A stretch of 64,000 bases of DNA from Saccostrea echinata. Its lineage: Eukaryota. The translations under genes and the position numbers were made by a program. The notes beneath the pieces are model-generated. The model had not been told where the DNA came from and did not search any database. It was given only the letters and a program-made list of their open reading frames with translations. Every line of letters starts with the position of its first letter. The stretch's first letter is position 1. Location of the stretch: the NCBI RefSeq assembly GCF_033153115.1, contig NW_026889765.1, forward strand, positions 10,664,001-10,728,000, given 5' to 3'. Shown in pieces: positions 28,130-41,900 of the stretch.

Positions 28130-28747
28130 ATGTGCAGTTATCAGAAAATTTGTCTTTTTTAATTCAGCTTTCAGTTGGTTTCATTTTAGAAGAGATTTTA
28201 GAACTGCACCAATTTGAGTAGATTTCAGATGATTTTCAGGTTCAAATATTGCAAAAGCTGAAATTTTCTGTATCTTTACATTTCAGATAAAATATCAATT
28301 ACAAAGTCTTTCATTTTTCAATCATAAAACATGCAAAAAAGTGAAAATATCTTTTTTAAATTAACACAAATTTGTGGCCCAATTTTCTTTTTGTGCGGTT
28401 ATTTATTTACCTATCGATGAACCCGATTTTATGCGAGATACCAATAGTCTTAAAGAATATCCTATGGATGACAAGGCCAAAAAGACATTAACTGATTGTT
28501 CTTCATGCTTTATTTAGCAATTTAAAAACAAAATTCATACTCCACCTAAGTACACCAAGAATGAATAGAAAACATATTTAAAAAATGAATTGTGAGAATG
28601 AGAATTAACTAAAGGAGTTTTCAAATGTTCTATTTGATATATTTTTAGAAAAGAGAGGAGAGTGCAGCAAAGAAGTTAAATATATGACATAAATATTAGT
28701 TCCATAGGTTGAGGGAGTTAGTTACCTTTAATGGACTCGAGTTACAT

Positions 28748-28765
28748 TTTAGCTCACCTGAGCCA

Positions 28766-28807
<42 letters not shown>

Positions 28808-28832
28808 TGTCGTCGTCGGCGTCGTTGGCGTC

Positions 28833-28873
<41 letters not shown>

Positions 28874-28898
28874 GCAGAACTACTGAGCCAATTTCAAT

Positions 28899-28965
<67 letters not shown>

Positions 28966-30021
28966 CCTCCAAGGGGAGATAATTACGAAATACATGTAGC
29001 AAAAAATTAATGGCGTTATTGAAAAATCTTCTTCTCAAGAACCAATGGGCCAGGAAAGATGAAACTCATGTGGAATTATTGTCAGGTAGTGTAGATTTAA
29101 ATTTGTTCAAATCATGACCCCCGGGGGCAGGGTGGGGCTACAATGGACGATCAAAGTTTTACATAGGAATATATAGGAAAAATCTTCAAAAATCTTCTTC
29201 TCAAGAACAGCAAAGCTATGATTGGTCATATTTATATGGAAGCATCCTCAGGTGGTGTAGATTCAAGTTTGTTCAAATCATGACCCCCAGGGGTAGGTTG
29301 GGGCCACAATGGACGATTAAAGTTTAACATAGGAGTATATAGAAAAAAATCTTCAAATATCTTCTTCTTAAGAACAGCAAAACCATGATTGGTAAAATTT
29401 ATATGGAAGCATCTGCAGGTGGTGTAGATTCAATTTTGTTCAAATCATGACCCCCGGGGGCAGGGTGGGGCCACAATGGACGATTAAAGTTTATGATAGG
29501 AGTATATAGGAAAAATCTTCTTCTCAAGAACAGCAAAGCTATGATTGGTCATATTTATGTGGAAGCATCCTCAGGTGATGTAGATTCAAGTTTGTTCAAA
29601 TCATGACATCCAGGGGTAGGGTGGGGCGACAATGAGTGATCAAATTTTTACATAGGAATATATAGGAAAAATCTTAAAAAATCTTCTCAAGAACATCAAA
29701 GCCACTGTTTGTCATATTTATATGGAAGCATCCTCAGATAGTGTACACATGTAGATTCAAGTTTGTTCAAATCATGACCTCCAGGGGTAGGGTGGGGCCA
29801 CAATGAAAGTTCAAACTTGTAGAATTAAAAGTCACAGTCAAAAAAACATGTAAGCATCCTTAGTAAGTGTAGATTTAATTTTTTTCAAATCATACCCCCC
29901 ACTCCCTTTTAGGGGTAGGTTGGGACCACTTATGCATTTAAGCTTTTCAATACTAAACTGATTTTTCCTTTTTTCCTTGCCACAGTGCTCAGGTGAGCGA
30001 TGTGGCCCCTGGGTCTCTTGT
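28748..30021 (-). mobile_element. Helentron/HINE-like element carrying ~166-bp satellite repeats (Cg170-like)
   Basis: End 1: TTTAGCTCACCTGAGCCAAAGGCTCAAGTGAGCT hairpin plus a (GTC)n tract. About 5-6 units with GTAGATTCAAGTTTGTTCAAATCATGAC spaced ~157-171 bp. End 2: CTCAGGTGAGCGATGTGGCCCCTGGGTCTCTTGTT. Strand is relative to the other copies. Confidence 0.85.
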
Positions 30022-30384
30022 TTTATTAATTGTCAAAAGGTACGAGCCCTGCTGAGCTAGCGTCTTTTAACAGCTTAACAAATTAAGAAACTTGCGCAGG
30101 AATTGAGTCAGAGGAAAATACAGTAACTAAAGAGCACACACTGATTATTTTAGAACTTTTCTTCCTGCCTTTGCAAAAGTGAATTTCTTCAAAGTTTGTA
30201 AATTATCACTTCATGGATCACAACAATCAGTCAAATATTGTACAGGTCTGGGCAACCATTAAGGTAAGAGCAAAGAAAAAAAAACAATAAACAAAAACAA
30301 ACAAACAAAAATATGTGGGAGAATAATGAAACATATATGTGTGGTTGAAATAGGAGAAATTTTGACTTAAACTGTATAGGGTAC

Positions 30385-30931
30385 AAAGGGCATGGGCACA
30401 GTTGCTTTATTTACATTTTAAATTTCTATGCTTATTCAAAAAATAAAACCAGTTAAATGAATTGACCTTAAATGAATATTCTTAGAATTCAATGACAACA
30501 ACATTATTCTTTACATTACGTCAAGCATCTGTTTTTGTGATTAATGCACGAGCTCTGTTATTGTTACATGTTAACGGTACACCAGTTGTTTTCAATTTGT
30601 TTACTCTGCACACACCAAAGAGCTCGGACCGACAATACTGGTGAGTTGGCTTTGCTTTTTCATATTTTTACTCTGAATTTTCTGGATTACTTCTTATATC
30701 AATATTTTCAGTAGTACACAACAAAATCTCTACTTTTCTTAAGTATTAAGGATAAAGTTTACTTTGTGAAAGTGCAAAATTCATAGTTTCAATAATTTAA
30801 AGATACAAGAAGTTTCTGAACACGATTTTAATATATTTCTGTGTGAAATGCTGTAGCAACATAAAAGTTTTGATATTATTCAAAAAATCTGAGAAAATAT
30901 TAACTTCAAATCTGTGCCCAAGCCCCTTTAA
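30385..30931. mobile_element. TIR MITE (Kolobok-like ends) just upstream of SLC28 copy D
   Basis: TIR AAAGGGCATGGGCACAG versus CTGTGCCCAAGCCCCTTTAA. Confidence 0.65.
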
Positions 30932-31250
30932 TACAGAAAAGGGATATTAAATTTTAAACATGCTTTAAAATAATAGTTGCATCTTAAAAATAAATTTTAA
31001 AATATCTTTAACTTTCTCTTCAGCTTTTGTACAAAATAATGCAAAGTTCTTCAACAAAATAAATAGATACAAGTGAATTTTTTTTTTATTAAAAAAACAT
31101 ACAAACTAGTATGCACTCAACCACTGAATGAGTAAATGAATCAATACAATGTATTCTGCAAACTTCTTAGCAATGTTAAAATGTGGTGATAAGGTACAGG
31201 AAGACTCGTCAGGTACGCATAAGATTATACAACGTGACTCAAACTCTATT

Positions 31251-32751
31251 ATGGATAGTGAGATCCAGCTCCAGTATATCAGGACCACAGATCCTGAGGG
31301 TAATGCAAGAGGCATGGACCCACAGACTGGAGTTGTAAACCCCTCCTACAGTCATGAAAATCACATAACACCGCCAATGTATGAAGAGGTACAACTTCCA
31401 ACGGGAAATGAGGATCACAGTCAAACAAATTCCGACGAGGTACTTTTTCTCCTTATAAAATTAATGTTTGGTCCATATTCTTTTTTAAAAGAAGTCCTCG
31501 ACTATTCTGCAATATTTGTAAATTGATACCAAATAAATGAAGTCGACGAGCATCAAGTAAATATCAATTGGTCTAATTTTTAAAAAAAAATGTCATTCAA
31601 ATAAATAGAGTAAGTATTTTTTATGTTTAACGTTCACCTTAAAATCAAAAACCTATCTTTCCATCTGGGAAAAACACAAACCAACAGAAAACAAGAGGCC
31701 CATGGGCTACAACGCTCACCTAAGATAATATGGCCCTGCTGTTCTTCGTCAGTAGATTTCTTCTCCTATATATTCATATGTAAAGCTTTGATCGCCTGTT
31801 CTAGGCAAACCCTACCCCCCCCCCCCTCCAGGTGCCATGTTTTGAATTAAATTGAATCTTAACTTTCTGAGGATGCTTCTATATTCATATAACCAATCAT
31901 GGTTTTGCTGTTCTTGAAATCGGAATTTTAAAGATGTCTGCCACCCTACCCTGGGGGCGGGGCATGATTTGAACAAACTTCAATCTACACTACCTGAGGA
32001 TACTTCCATATCAATATGACTAATTATGGCTTTGTTGTTCTTGAGAAGAAGATTTTTAAAGATATTTCCTATGTACGTTCTTTTTGTAAAACTTTGATCC
32101 CCATTATGGCCCCACACTACTACTGGAGGATGCCTTGAACAAACTTGAATCTACAATACTTGGGGAATTTTTAATTTTTTTCTATATATTCCTATGTAAA
32201 ACTTTGATCCTCCATTGTTGCCCAGCCTAACCCCGGGGGTCATGATTTAAACAAACTTGAATCTACACTTCCTGAGGATGATTCCATATCAATATGATTA
32301 ATCGTGGCTTTGTTGTTCTTGAGAAGAAGCTTTTTAAAGATGTTCCCTATATATTCCTATGTAAAACTTTGATCCCCCATTGTGGCCCCACAATACACCC
32401 GTAGGTTAGGATTTGAACGAACTTGAATCTACACTACCTGAGGGTGATTCCTTATCAATATGACTAATTGTGGCTTTGTTGTTCTTGATAAGAAGATTTA
32501 TAAAGATTTTTCCTATATATTCCTATGTAAAACTTTGATCCCCCATTGTGGCCCCATCCCACCCTCGGGGTTTTGATTTGAACAAACTTGAATCTACACT
32601 ATGTAATGAAGGTTTCACATAAGCTTCAACTTTTTTGGCCGAATGGTTCTTAAATGATTTTTGAGAAGAAGATTTTTAAAAGATGACACCAAATTTTCAC
32701 AAATTCTTAATTATCTTCCTTTGAAAGACGGTGTGGTCCTTCATTTGAAAC

Positions 32752-32782
<31 letters not shown>

Positions 32783-35700
32783 TGTGGTAAGTTGAAATTG
32801 GCCCAGAGGTTCTGGAGAAAAAGTCGAAAATGTGAAAAGTTTACAGAAAGACGGGCGGACAGACGGACTACAGACAAAATGTCAGAATTGCTCACTTGAG
32901 CTGAGTTAAAAACACAGCATAATTAGAATATTTATAAAATTTCTCATCATCATTCAAAAATTTTATTCAGAAAATTAAAAAAAAAGACTCAAAACATTAG
33001 TATATTTATAATCGATACCTCCATGTTTTTTGTTATAAAACTTGAAAAGAGGGTAAAAAATTGAAATGCCTATCCAGTAGAGTAAATTGTGCTGTGTGGA
33101 TTTTTTTTAAAAACAATTTTCATTGTAAACCTTAAAACCAATCCGTCCGCAGATGCTTGACATAGAAGAAACTTTGCATGGCCTAATATAAAATGATTAT
33201 TAAAATGTTAAAAGTGAAAAAAGTATTATACGATTATCTAAGTGTATAGTTAGCTGTCACATAAGAAAACACAAGTATTTAAGATGAAAAAATAATTAAA
33301 AGTCAACAAAAGCAAAGTATATATATACAAATTAAAATCAGAAATAAAGTGATTGTCATCATCATAATTTGCTGTCTTTATACTAAGTCTAAGGTTTTAG
33401 TAAATCTGAAAACAACTGTACCTAATCAATTCATCATACCATTCATAGCTGATTTTTTTTTAAAGGAATTTCAAAAGGGGTATCTCATTTTGAATTCAAA
33501 AACAGAATATTCAATGCAGAATTTCAAACAAGTGTAGGCAATAAAATCAAACAATTCAAGCAAAGTAAAAAAAAATTGTAGTTGTAGCGCATATAGTATT
33601 GCAAAACGTTCATAGTATACCGTATGGACAAAAAGTACCATTGTACAATGGTTATAACAAAGCTAATAAAAGAGTAAATGAAGGTGTAACTGATATATCT
33701 ACATGTATCAATTTGGTGTTCAACTGATACCGATATATAATAGAAAAACAAGTATTTATTTTAAAGGAAGTGATGGGGAAATGTAATATTCAGATATTAA
33801 ACTTGTGGCCTAAGTACTAGTAATGTCACAGAATGCACAGACAAGTCAACAACCTTATAAACGAATATAGTAGTTCAGAAGTTAGACTTACTCGAGATAT
33901 CAATGGGTTGACCCCAGATTGACCCAGCAAAGGGAAATAACTTTTGTAAATGTGAAAGTGGTTATGAAAAACTGAGATACAAATAATCTTATTCCGGGCC
34001 AAATCTGAGGAAAAGAAGCTTGTATATAGAGCACAACATTAAAATAATTTACGATTGTGTGCATAATATGTGTTGCTGCTTTTCTTTTATTGTAATGTTA
34101 ATAGAAAAAAATGTATTTGTTGCAGAAATCCATTAAAGTAGATCAAAACTCTGCAGTAAAAAATGAAAACGAAGAGACATACGAACGAGGTGATGAAGAT
34201 GGGAATGAGGTAGATGATGAAGAAGGCAACCTCTGTTCTATACACGTGAGGCGTATACAGGTATCGCTACTGAAAAACTACAAACGTCACAAACAGCACG
34301 TCTGGACCACGGCTTACGTCATCCTGTTTTGTTTGTATGTTGCGTATTTCACGTATAGTCTGAAGTTTCGTTTTGGTGACGAAGGATCATGGAGATTAGT
34401 CGTATGTTCTGCTCTGGTTTTGCTATACTTAGTTTGGAGACTTGCCGAGGATTTCTTTGGTGAGAAAATCAGCCTTTCCTACAACTGGAAGAAAATAGAC
34501 AGTCACCGACGGGAGAAATTACAATACTGGTAAGATAATGTCAAATGACGTAATTATTTTCAATAATAAATCATGCATTTATAATTTACTTCGTACAATT
34601 CTCTTTTCTGCTTGAACTTTCAGTAAGGCGTGATATTCTCGGCTATACATAATTAGCGTCTCTCAAATAGTGACCTAGATTCTCATTGGTTGCCAGATTA
34701 GCTCATCAATACTGAAATTTACACAGCTTTCATTCACGGGTGAAATACACATGGGGTAAAAATGGGTCAGAGGTCAACGAGTGACGCAAGGAACCAATTA
34801 CATCGTTTCTTGCAATAAAGAGGTGTGGTTTATGTCATCTCATCGTTTGTTAACAACAATCTAAAGTTATTCATTTCTTAACCAATAAGAATGGTGATCA
34901 CCATTTGAGAGACGCTAATTATGTATCGCCGAGAATGTCACGCCTTTATGAAAGTTCAAGCAGAAAAGAGAATTGTACTACATCACTGTTTTTACAAAAG
35001 CAACGAGGCAGCGATATTCAAATCAGGGAAATACCAACTGTATGTTTGTTTCTTTTCCCTTTTAGCTCATCCGAAGCAAAAGCTCAAGTGAGCTTTTCTG
35101 ATCAAATTTTGTCTGGCGTCCGTCCAGCTGTCTCTGTCTCTCTGTATGTCTGTCCCTCTGTAAACTTGTCACGTTCACGACGTCTTCTCAAGAACCACTG
35201 GGCTAATTTCAACCAAACTTGCTAAAAAACATCTTTGTGCAAAGGGAATTTAAGTTTGTTCGAATAATGGGCCACTCCCTTCTCCAAGAGGAAAATTCAG
35301 AAAGAATTAGTAAAAAAAAAAAATTAATGGTTTCTTTTAAAAACCTTCTTTTCAAGAACCACTTTGCCAGAAAACTAGAAAACCTATGTAGAAGTGTCCT
35401 TAGGTAGTGTAGATCTATTTTCATATTTTTATTTATTAAAGTCATGGCCTCCGGATATAGAGAGAAGTCACAAAAAGCGATCATAGTTTTTCCTAGGAAT
35501 GTATAGGGAAAATAACCTTTTTATAACTTGTTTTCAAGAACCATTAGGTCAGAAAAGTTGAATCTTATTTGAAAGCTTCATTTAATAGTGTAGATTCAAG
35601 TTTATTCAAATCATGGCCATTGGAAGTAGAGTGGGGCCACAATAAGTGATCAAAGTTTACATGGGAATACATGTATATAGGAAAAAATTCTCTTTTGAAG

Positions 35701-38700
35701 AACAACAAAGGTATGATTGTTATACTGATAAGCAAACATCGTCAGGACTTATTTCGATTCAAATTTGGTTAAATCATGACCCCTGTGTCCAGGGTTGGGC
35801 CACAATGGGCCATCAAAGTTTTACATAGGAATACATAGAAAGAAAAATCTTTGGAAATCTCCTTCTCAAGAACAGCAAAGGCATGATTAGTCATATTGAT
35901 ATGAAAGAATTCTCAGGTAGTGTAGATTCAAGTTTGTTCATATCATGACCCCGGGGGTAGGGTGGGGCCACAATAGGCGATCAGAATTTAACATTGGAAT
36001 ATATAGAAAAAATCTTTAAAAATCTTTTTGCTCTCTCTCTCACAAGAGCAGCAAATACGTGATTAGTAATATTAATACGCTAGCATTCTAAGATTGTAAA
36101 GATGCAGGTTTCTTTTTTAAATCATGTCCCGGGGGTAGTGTGGGGCCACAATAGGTGATCAAAATTCTCACTCAGAAATATATAGGAAAAAATTTTTAAA
36201 TTTAAATCTTCTTTTCAACAACTGCAAAGGACAAGATAGGCTAAGACCCCTTTTTGGCCCCTGGTTTGGGGTGTCTTTTAGAATGATACAACAGTTTATC
36301 AATTAAAAACCTGTTGTCATCCCTGCCACAAAATGAGTATTGTTTCTAAGTTATGGGATACACAGAGGTCACAGGAAGGTCAGAAAATATGTAAATTTCC
36401 GAATTTTCTCTCTTTTATGCAAATTTTCATCGATTTTACAGCACATTTTGGTTCAGAAAACATAGAGCACAAGCTTGCCTATCTACCAAATTGATATATT
36501 TCATACACTAGTATCAGATGCTTCTTATGTATAAAAATCTCAGATAGGCAAGCTTGTGCTCTATGTTTCCCAAAGTGAAATGTATCTCAAATTTGACGAA
36601 ATTCGGCCAAAATTGAGGAAATTCGGGAAAATATCATACTTCTGCACCCTCTTGTGGCCTCCGTGTAAGCTTTGAATCAAAATTAGTGCTGGTTTTAAAA
36701 CAAGCATCATTTTAAGTTCTTAACTACAAACTATCACAATTTTAACTGTATTCTGATTTTTACATCAATTAATGGGCCAGATTCGGTCGTTACCATACCT
36801 TGTCCTTTATTATTAGTCATTTTATTATTATTAGTCAAATTAGGCGAACAAAGTTGTACACTGGAATATATAGGTAAAAAAAAAAACTGCGGAAGAAAAG
36901 TAGAGCCATAGTGACTCAGGTGGACGATATGCCCCATGGGCTTCTATTTTCTCTTTTCTTCAATAAATCGATACACTATGTGACATTTAGAAAAAAGATT
37001 AACATTCTTTAACATTAAAATATATCATATTATTTAATTAGAGCTTGCTCAAAATGAGATGTGCAGTAAAGAAACCGAAATAAATGAAAAATTTTCAGTT
37101 TGCATCGAACAATTTTCTATAGCCGATCCACTGAATTTCAGATAGGAGAAACTCCCATTTTTAACACCCCCCCCCCCAAAAAAAAAAACATTGAAAACAT
37201 AGGAAGGCAATTTAAAACGTTAGTTTCTTTACCTTCAAAGTCTATCACTGTGGTGCGATCAGATGCTTTGGAGGATAATGCATATCCTGTCCCACCCGCC
37301 GTGAACTTTATAGGAAATAATGAAATGCAGTGGATAATCATAAAAAAAAAATTTTAGCCAAAAAGATCAATGTAATCCATGATTTGGTTTAAGAGACGCA
37401 GTTGTTTGTCGCAAAGCAGAGCGACACTTAGCTATCACTTTATCCGGCGTCTGTCTAGCTCTCCGTCTGTTAGACTATCTGTCTGTCACACCTTATATCT
37501 CTAGAACTTAAGAGGTATGGATTTGATATTTGCACATATATTGCTTGGCACTATAGCTTTTGTAAAATACCATGGTTACCGACCTAAACCCTTGACATTG
37601 AAATACTTTTCAAAATATTTCATAGTGCCGATATACAGCATATATTTTACATTTAAGAGGTAAGGTTATGCTATTTACCATGTGCATTGTTTGTCATAAA
37701 ACATTATGAAAAATATCTGCATTACAGTCCACTTGACCTTGAACTTTGACCTACTTTGCAAAACATAACCCGAACGCTTTAAGTTAACATACACCCCAAC
37801 TAATGTTATTGTGATTTAAATTCAAGACATGTGGAGTAGTTGAACCAATCTAAGGTTATAGGGTAGATCCCGTTTTATAAACAAAATTGGTAGTAAACAG
37901 GAAATTGCTATAGTCTGTTTCTTTTTTTTTAAAAAAATGTCCTATGAAAGATTTTTGTTTCCTGATCTTCTGAAAAATTTTCATGATTTTAAAAAGGAAA
38001 GGAGTATTAAAAATCACAATCGCCAAATACGCTGGTAGAAAAAAATGTATAATATTTTTTTTACTTCGAACATCTGGTTAAGGTCAATCTATGGTCCAAT
38101 GTTAAATTGACTGCAAAAACCATTTAGAAAATAATATTATTTTATGAAAAAAAAAATACAAAGATTAAAAACTACGTTTGTACTTGTCTTGTTAAATAAT
38201 AGAATAAAAATTGACATATTGCTTTTTTATCTTTGATCGAAATGCATGGAAAAAATGTTCATTGTGCCTTTCTGATCGCCTGTAGATTTGATTTTTTCTA
38301 AGCGTAAAAATTACTGTACTGTATTGTACATGTAACCCATAATGCAATTCAATTCATTCAGCTGATTTGTCAGCTTAAGTCATGTCATTTGCTAATCTGT
38401 TGCCAAAAATATACTTCCAGTTCACGTGCAAGTATGCTTGTCCAAAAAGAAATTTTAATACATAACTGCAGAAAATAACGTCAAAAAGAATTACTTATTG
38501 AAGTTTAAATGAATTCAAGAGAAACTGGAGTACATTTCTCCTGATATAATACAGTGGTGAAAACTGAAACGCATCATAATTTTTCTGCTTACCAAGTCTC
38601 CACGTGCTAGTCACTTCCTAGCCATATTTCCGTGAATAATTTACCTTACATGTATCTCGCTGTAGTCTCGCTAAATCTCGTCGGAGCTACTGCGAACTTC

Positions 38701-38915
38701 TCGGGTATTATAATTTATTTAATCCTCATGACAAGACCTTCCTTTAGATACCAACGAATTTGACCCTTTGAACTTGCCCTTGGAGTTTGACCTACTTTAA
38801 AAAAAAACTTTAACCTTGGCCATAACATTTGAACGGTTAGGGCTTGGGCTTTCATACTTCACATATGTAATCCTTGTAACAAGACCTTCCATTAGATACC
38901 AACACTTTCACCCTT

Positions 38916-38946
<31 letters not shown>

Positions 38947-41900
38947 AAAAACTTTAACCTTGGCCATAACTTTTGAACAGGTGGTGCTAGGGCTTTTTTA
39001 TTTCACAAGTGTATTTCTTGTGAGAAGGCCTTACTTTGGGTACCAACATATTTGATATGCATTTGAGAAAGTTTAACATTTGCTATAAGTTGCCATACGG
39101 GCATCAGTGTTTCACAAACACATCTTGTTCTTTGAAGGCAAATGCATAAACTATAATGCTAGATTTGAAAATACTGTAATTTCTTGCAGTATTCTGTTTT
39201 CAAACACTATTTCTCAATTCATTTAAACTTTTTATAGGACAAGGATGGTAATTGCTGTGCTGCTGGCTGTAGCTGCAATAGCTTATATCATCATTTTCAT
39301 CGCTCTAAAGACACCTAGAAATCTCATCTCTCTGGCAGGACTTGCTGCTTACATTATTTTGTTTTACTTGTTTTCCCATAATCCCTCAAAGGTACAGCTT
39401 ACATAAATAATGAACGTAATATTTTCATTTTTTTCAATGTATCATTCTTAGACCTATCTAGTTCTACGACCTTACAATTTTGAATTGAATAGAAAATAGA
39501 GTCATGTTGTAATGCACGATTTAACATGTGTTTGATTCAATTCACCCTTGCATGGCTAAAAAATGATTTGAATTTATTTAGTTGCTCAAGGAAAATCTTG
39601 GGCCGAGTAAGCAATATCGTAATCAAATTGTAGCAGATATTATACTTAATTATATATATGTAAATGTGATTAATTTTGGTTTGTCATAGGTGAACTGGCG
39701 ACCAGTATTTTGGGGGACCATAATACAGTTTTATTTTGCCCTTGCCATTCTACAGTGGAGTGTGGGCTACGAAGCCTTTAAATGGTTGGGTGACAGGGTC
39801 ACAGAATTCCTGGCCTACACAGACAAAGGCGCAGCGTTTGTTTTCGGGGACAAATTCCAAGATCACTTCTTTGCTTTTAAAGTGAGAAATAACATCAAAA
39901 GTACTTCACTTTGTATGAATTGGTTCTTACAAAACATGTGTATTGAAAAATATTTTTTTTTCATATTTTGGCTAGATTTTCCTGTTAATATGTATTTATA
40001 TAAGGATAAAAGACGCTGTGTAACATAATGTGACTTCCGAATTGATTTCAGGTTCTTCCCGTCACTGTGTTCTTCAGTAGTTTTGTTTCTGTTTGTTACT
40101 ACTTGGGTATTATGCAGTTCATTATTCGGAACCTCTCTAGATTTATCAGCAATGTTATGGGGACTTCTCCAGCAGAATCTCTAAACGCTGCTGGAAACAT
40201 ATTTGTTGGACAGGTAAAGTCAATCAACAGTCTAAAATGTGTATTGTAGAGGCTCCAAGGGGAAAATTTAAGCATTATGTCCTAGAAGAATCATTACTTG
40301 ACAGATTCTAGGCGGTGAGTAGGTAAAATACGGGAAAATATAACGAAAACAGAGGTTGAAGCGAAGAAGGGGTCCAATATGGCGTCCTCCCTTGTGTTGT
40401 TTTAGTATTACCGTATATGATTTTTTTTAAAATAAACAATTATTACACGCCGGGAGCAAGCCCCTGTGCACCAGATTAATACAACAGGGTTCTAAAAAAA
40501 CCATGACAACAAAAACGACGACAATGAACACATTTCGAAAAAAGCTTTCTCGATCATTTGATTATTAATCTTTGCATCAACGTTCTGTAGGTGTAATAAT
40601 CGAAGTTTCTTTTGCTAGAAACACCTTCCATTATAACAACGAAATTTTTCACACATGGAGATCGTTTAGAGGTCTTTGTGCCATATACAAGTTGTCCAAT
40701 TTCTTTGCAATCCCTGAAATTCCTGAAAACTGTGTGTAAAGGTCAAAGGGATATTTCAAATGAAAAACCTAAGTACTACCACATTTCATGGTGATCCGTT
40801 AAGATCACTGAGCGGTCTCGGCCACAGGTACTTGTGGACAGGTCCCCCCTTCCATAATCAACCCCGAGGTTTGTTGACATATTTTTTTCCTCAAGTTATA
40901 TTTATTACACTTATTCATCATGTGTACCATAGGAAAAATCGTGAAAACCCCAAAATAATCGTTCCACACAAAAATACCCCACTAAACATTATAAGACAGA
41001 AAGGTATGCCACTCCGGTTTGTTTATGTTGTACCCCACTGGTCTTTCTGGGTTTAAAATCATGTATTTATTTTATTTTAACCTAAAATGTCGGTTCACAC
41101 TGTCTCTACATGTATTTTTGTCTTTGTTCATGCTATCGGATTGACTCTGCATCTCGTAAGAATCCCACAATTTCTCCTTAAACAGCATTGCAGTCAGTGC
41201 GTTGAAAAATTCCTAAGGTAAACGCAACGGAAGTACACCAAGAATGTATCACTTATTACGATAATGTCCGAGGGAGTTGACATAATAATCTCTCTCGGGT
41301 GTTATCATAATAGGTAATATATTCTCCATGCACTTCCGTTGCGTTTACCTAAGGATTTTTCAACGCATATAAAGAGCGCACACTGAAAGATTGCTCAGAG
41401 ACTGATGGTTAAATTGTTTACATTGAGAAATGTTAATGTAACGGGTATTACTGAGAGATCGATTGCAACCAAGAAATATCACTATTACACCGACCACTGA
41501 AATATCCTTAAGCTTCCTGTTTCCATGGAATCAGCGGGTATTTTAGGGGTAAGCGACCGATTGTACAGGGAACAAATTAATTCTGTAATGCATGCTCGGC
41601 AAGCTAAACCTTAACAACGGTTTCCGTCTCTGTGTAAGGAGAGATTTACAATGTGCATACAGAAAAGGATTAAAACTTCCTTTGCATGGAAGTGGCAACC
41701 ATATGAGACTGCTGAGCATACAAAATTGGGTAGACCTTACAAGAATTTATCCCTCCTTGAAGTTGTTTTGCCCTGTCATCACCATGGTCTCTAAGGGCTT
41801 TCCAAAGTTCTGTACAGTATTTATGGTCTCCTCAAAGTGTTGTTTCTACCAAAAGCAGTCCATCAACAATTGTCAAGGTAAGCAGTCACTCAAAGAACTT

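Noticed and set aside
28748-32912. CRISPR-like array
   Set aside because: Whole ~166-bp units repeat with no unique spacers, in a eukaryotic context; this is satellite DNA in HINE-like elements.
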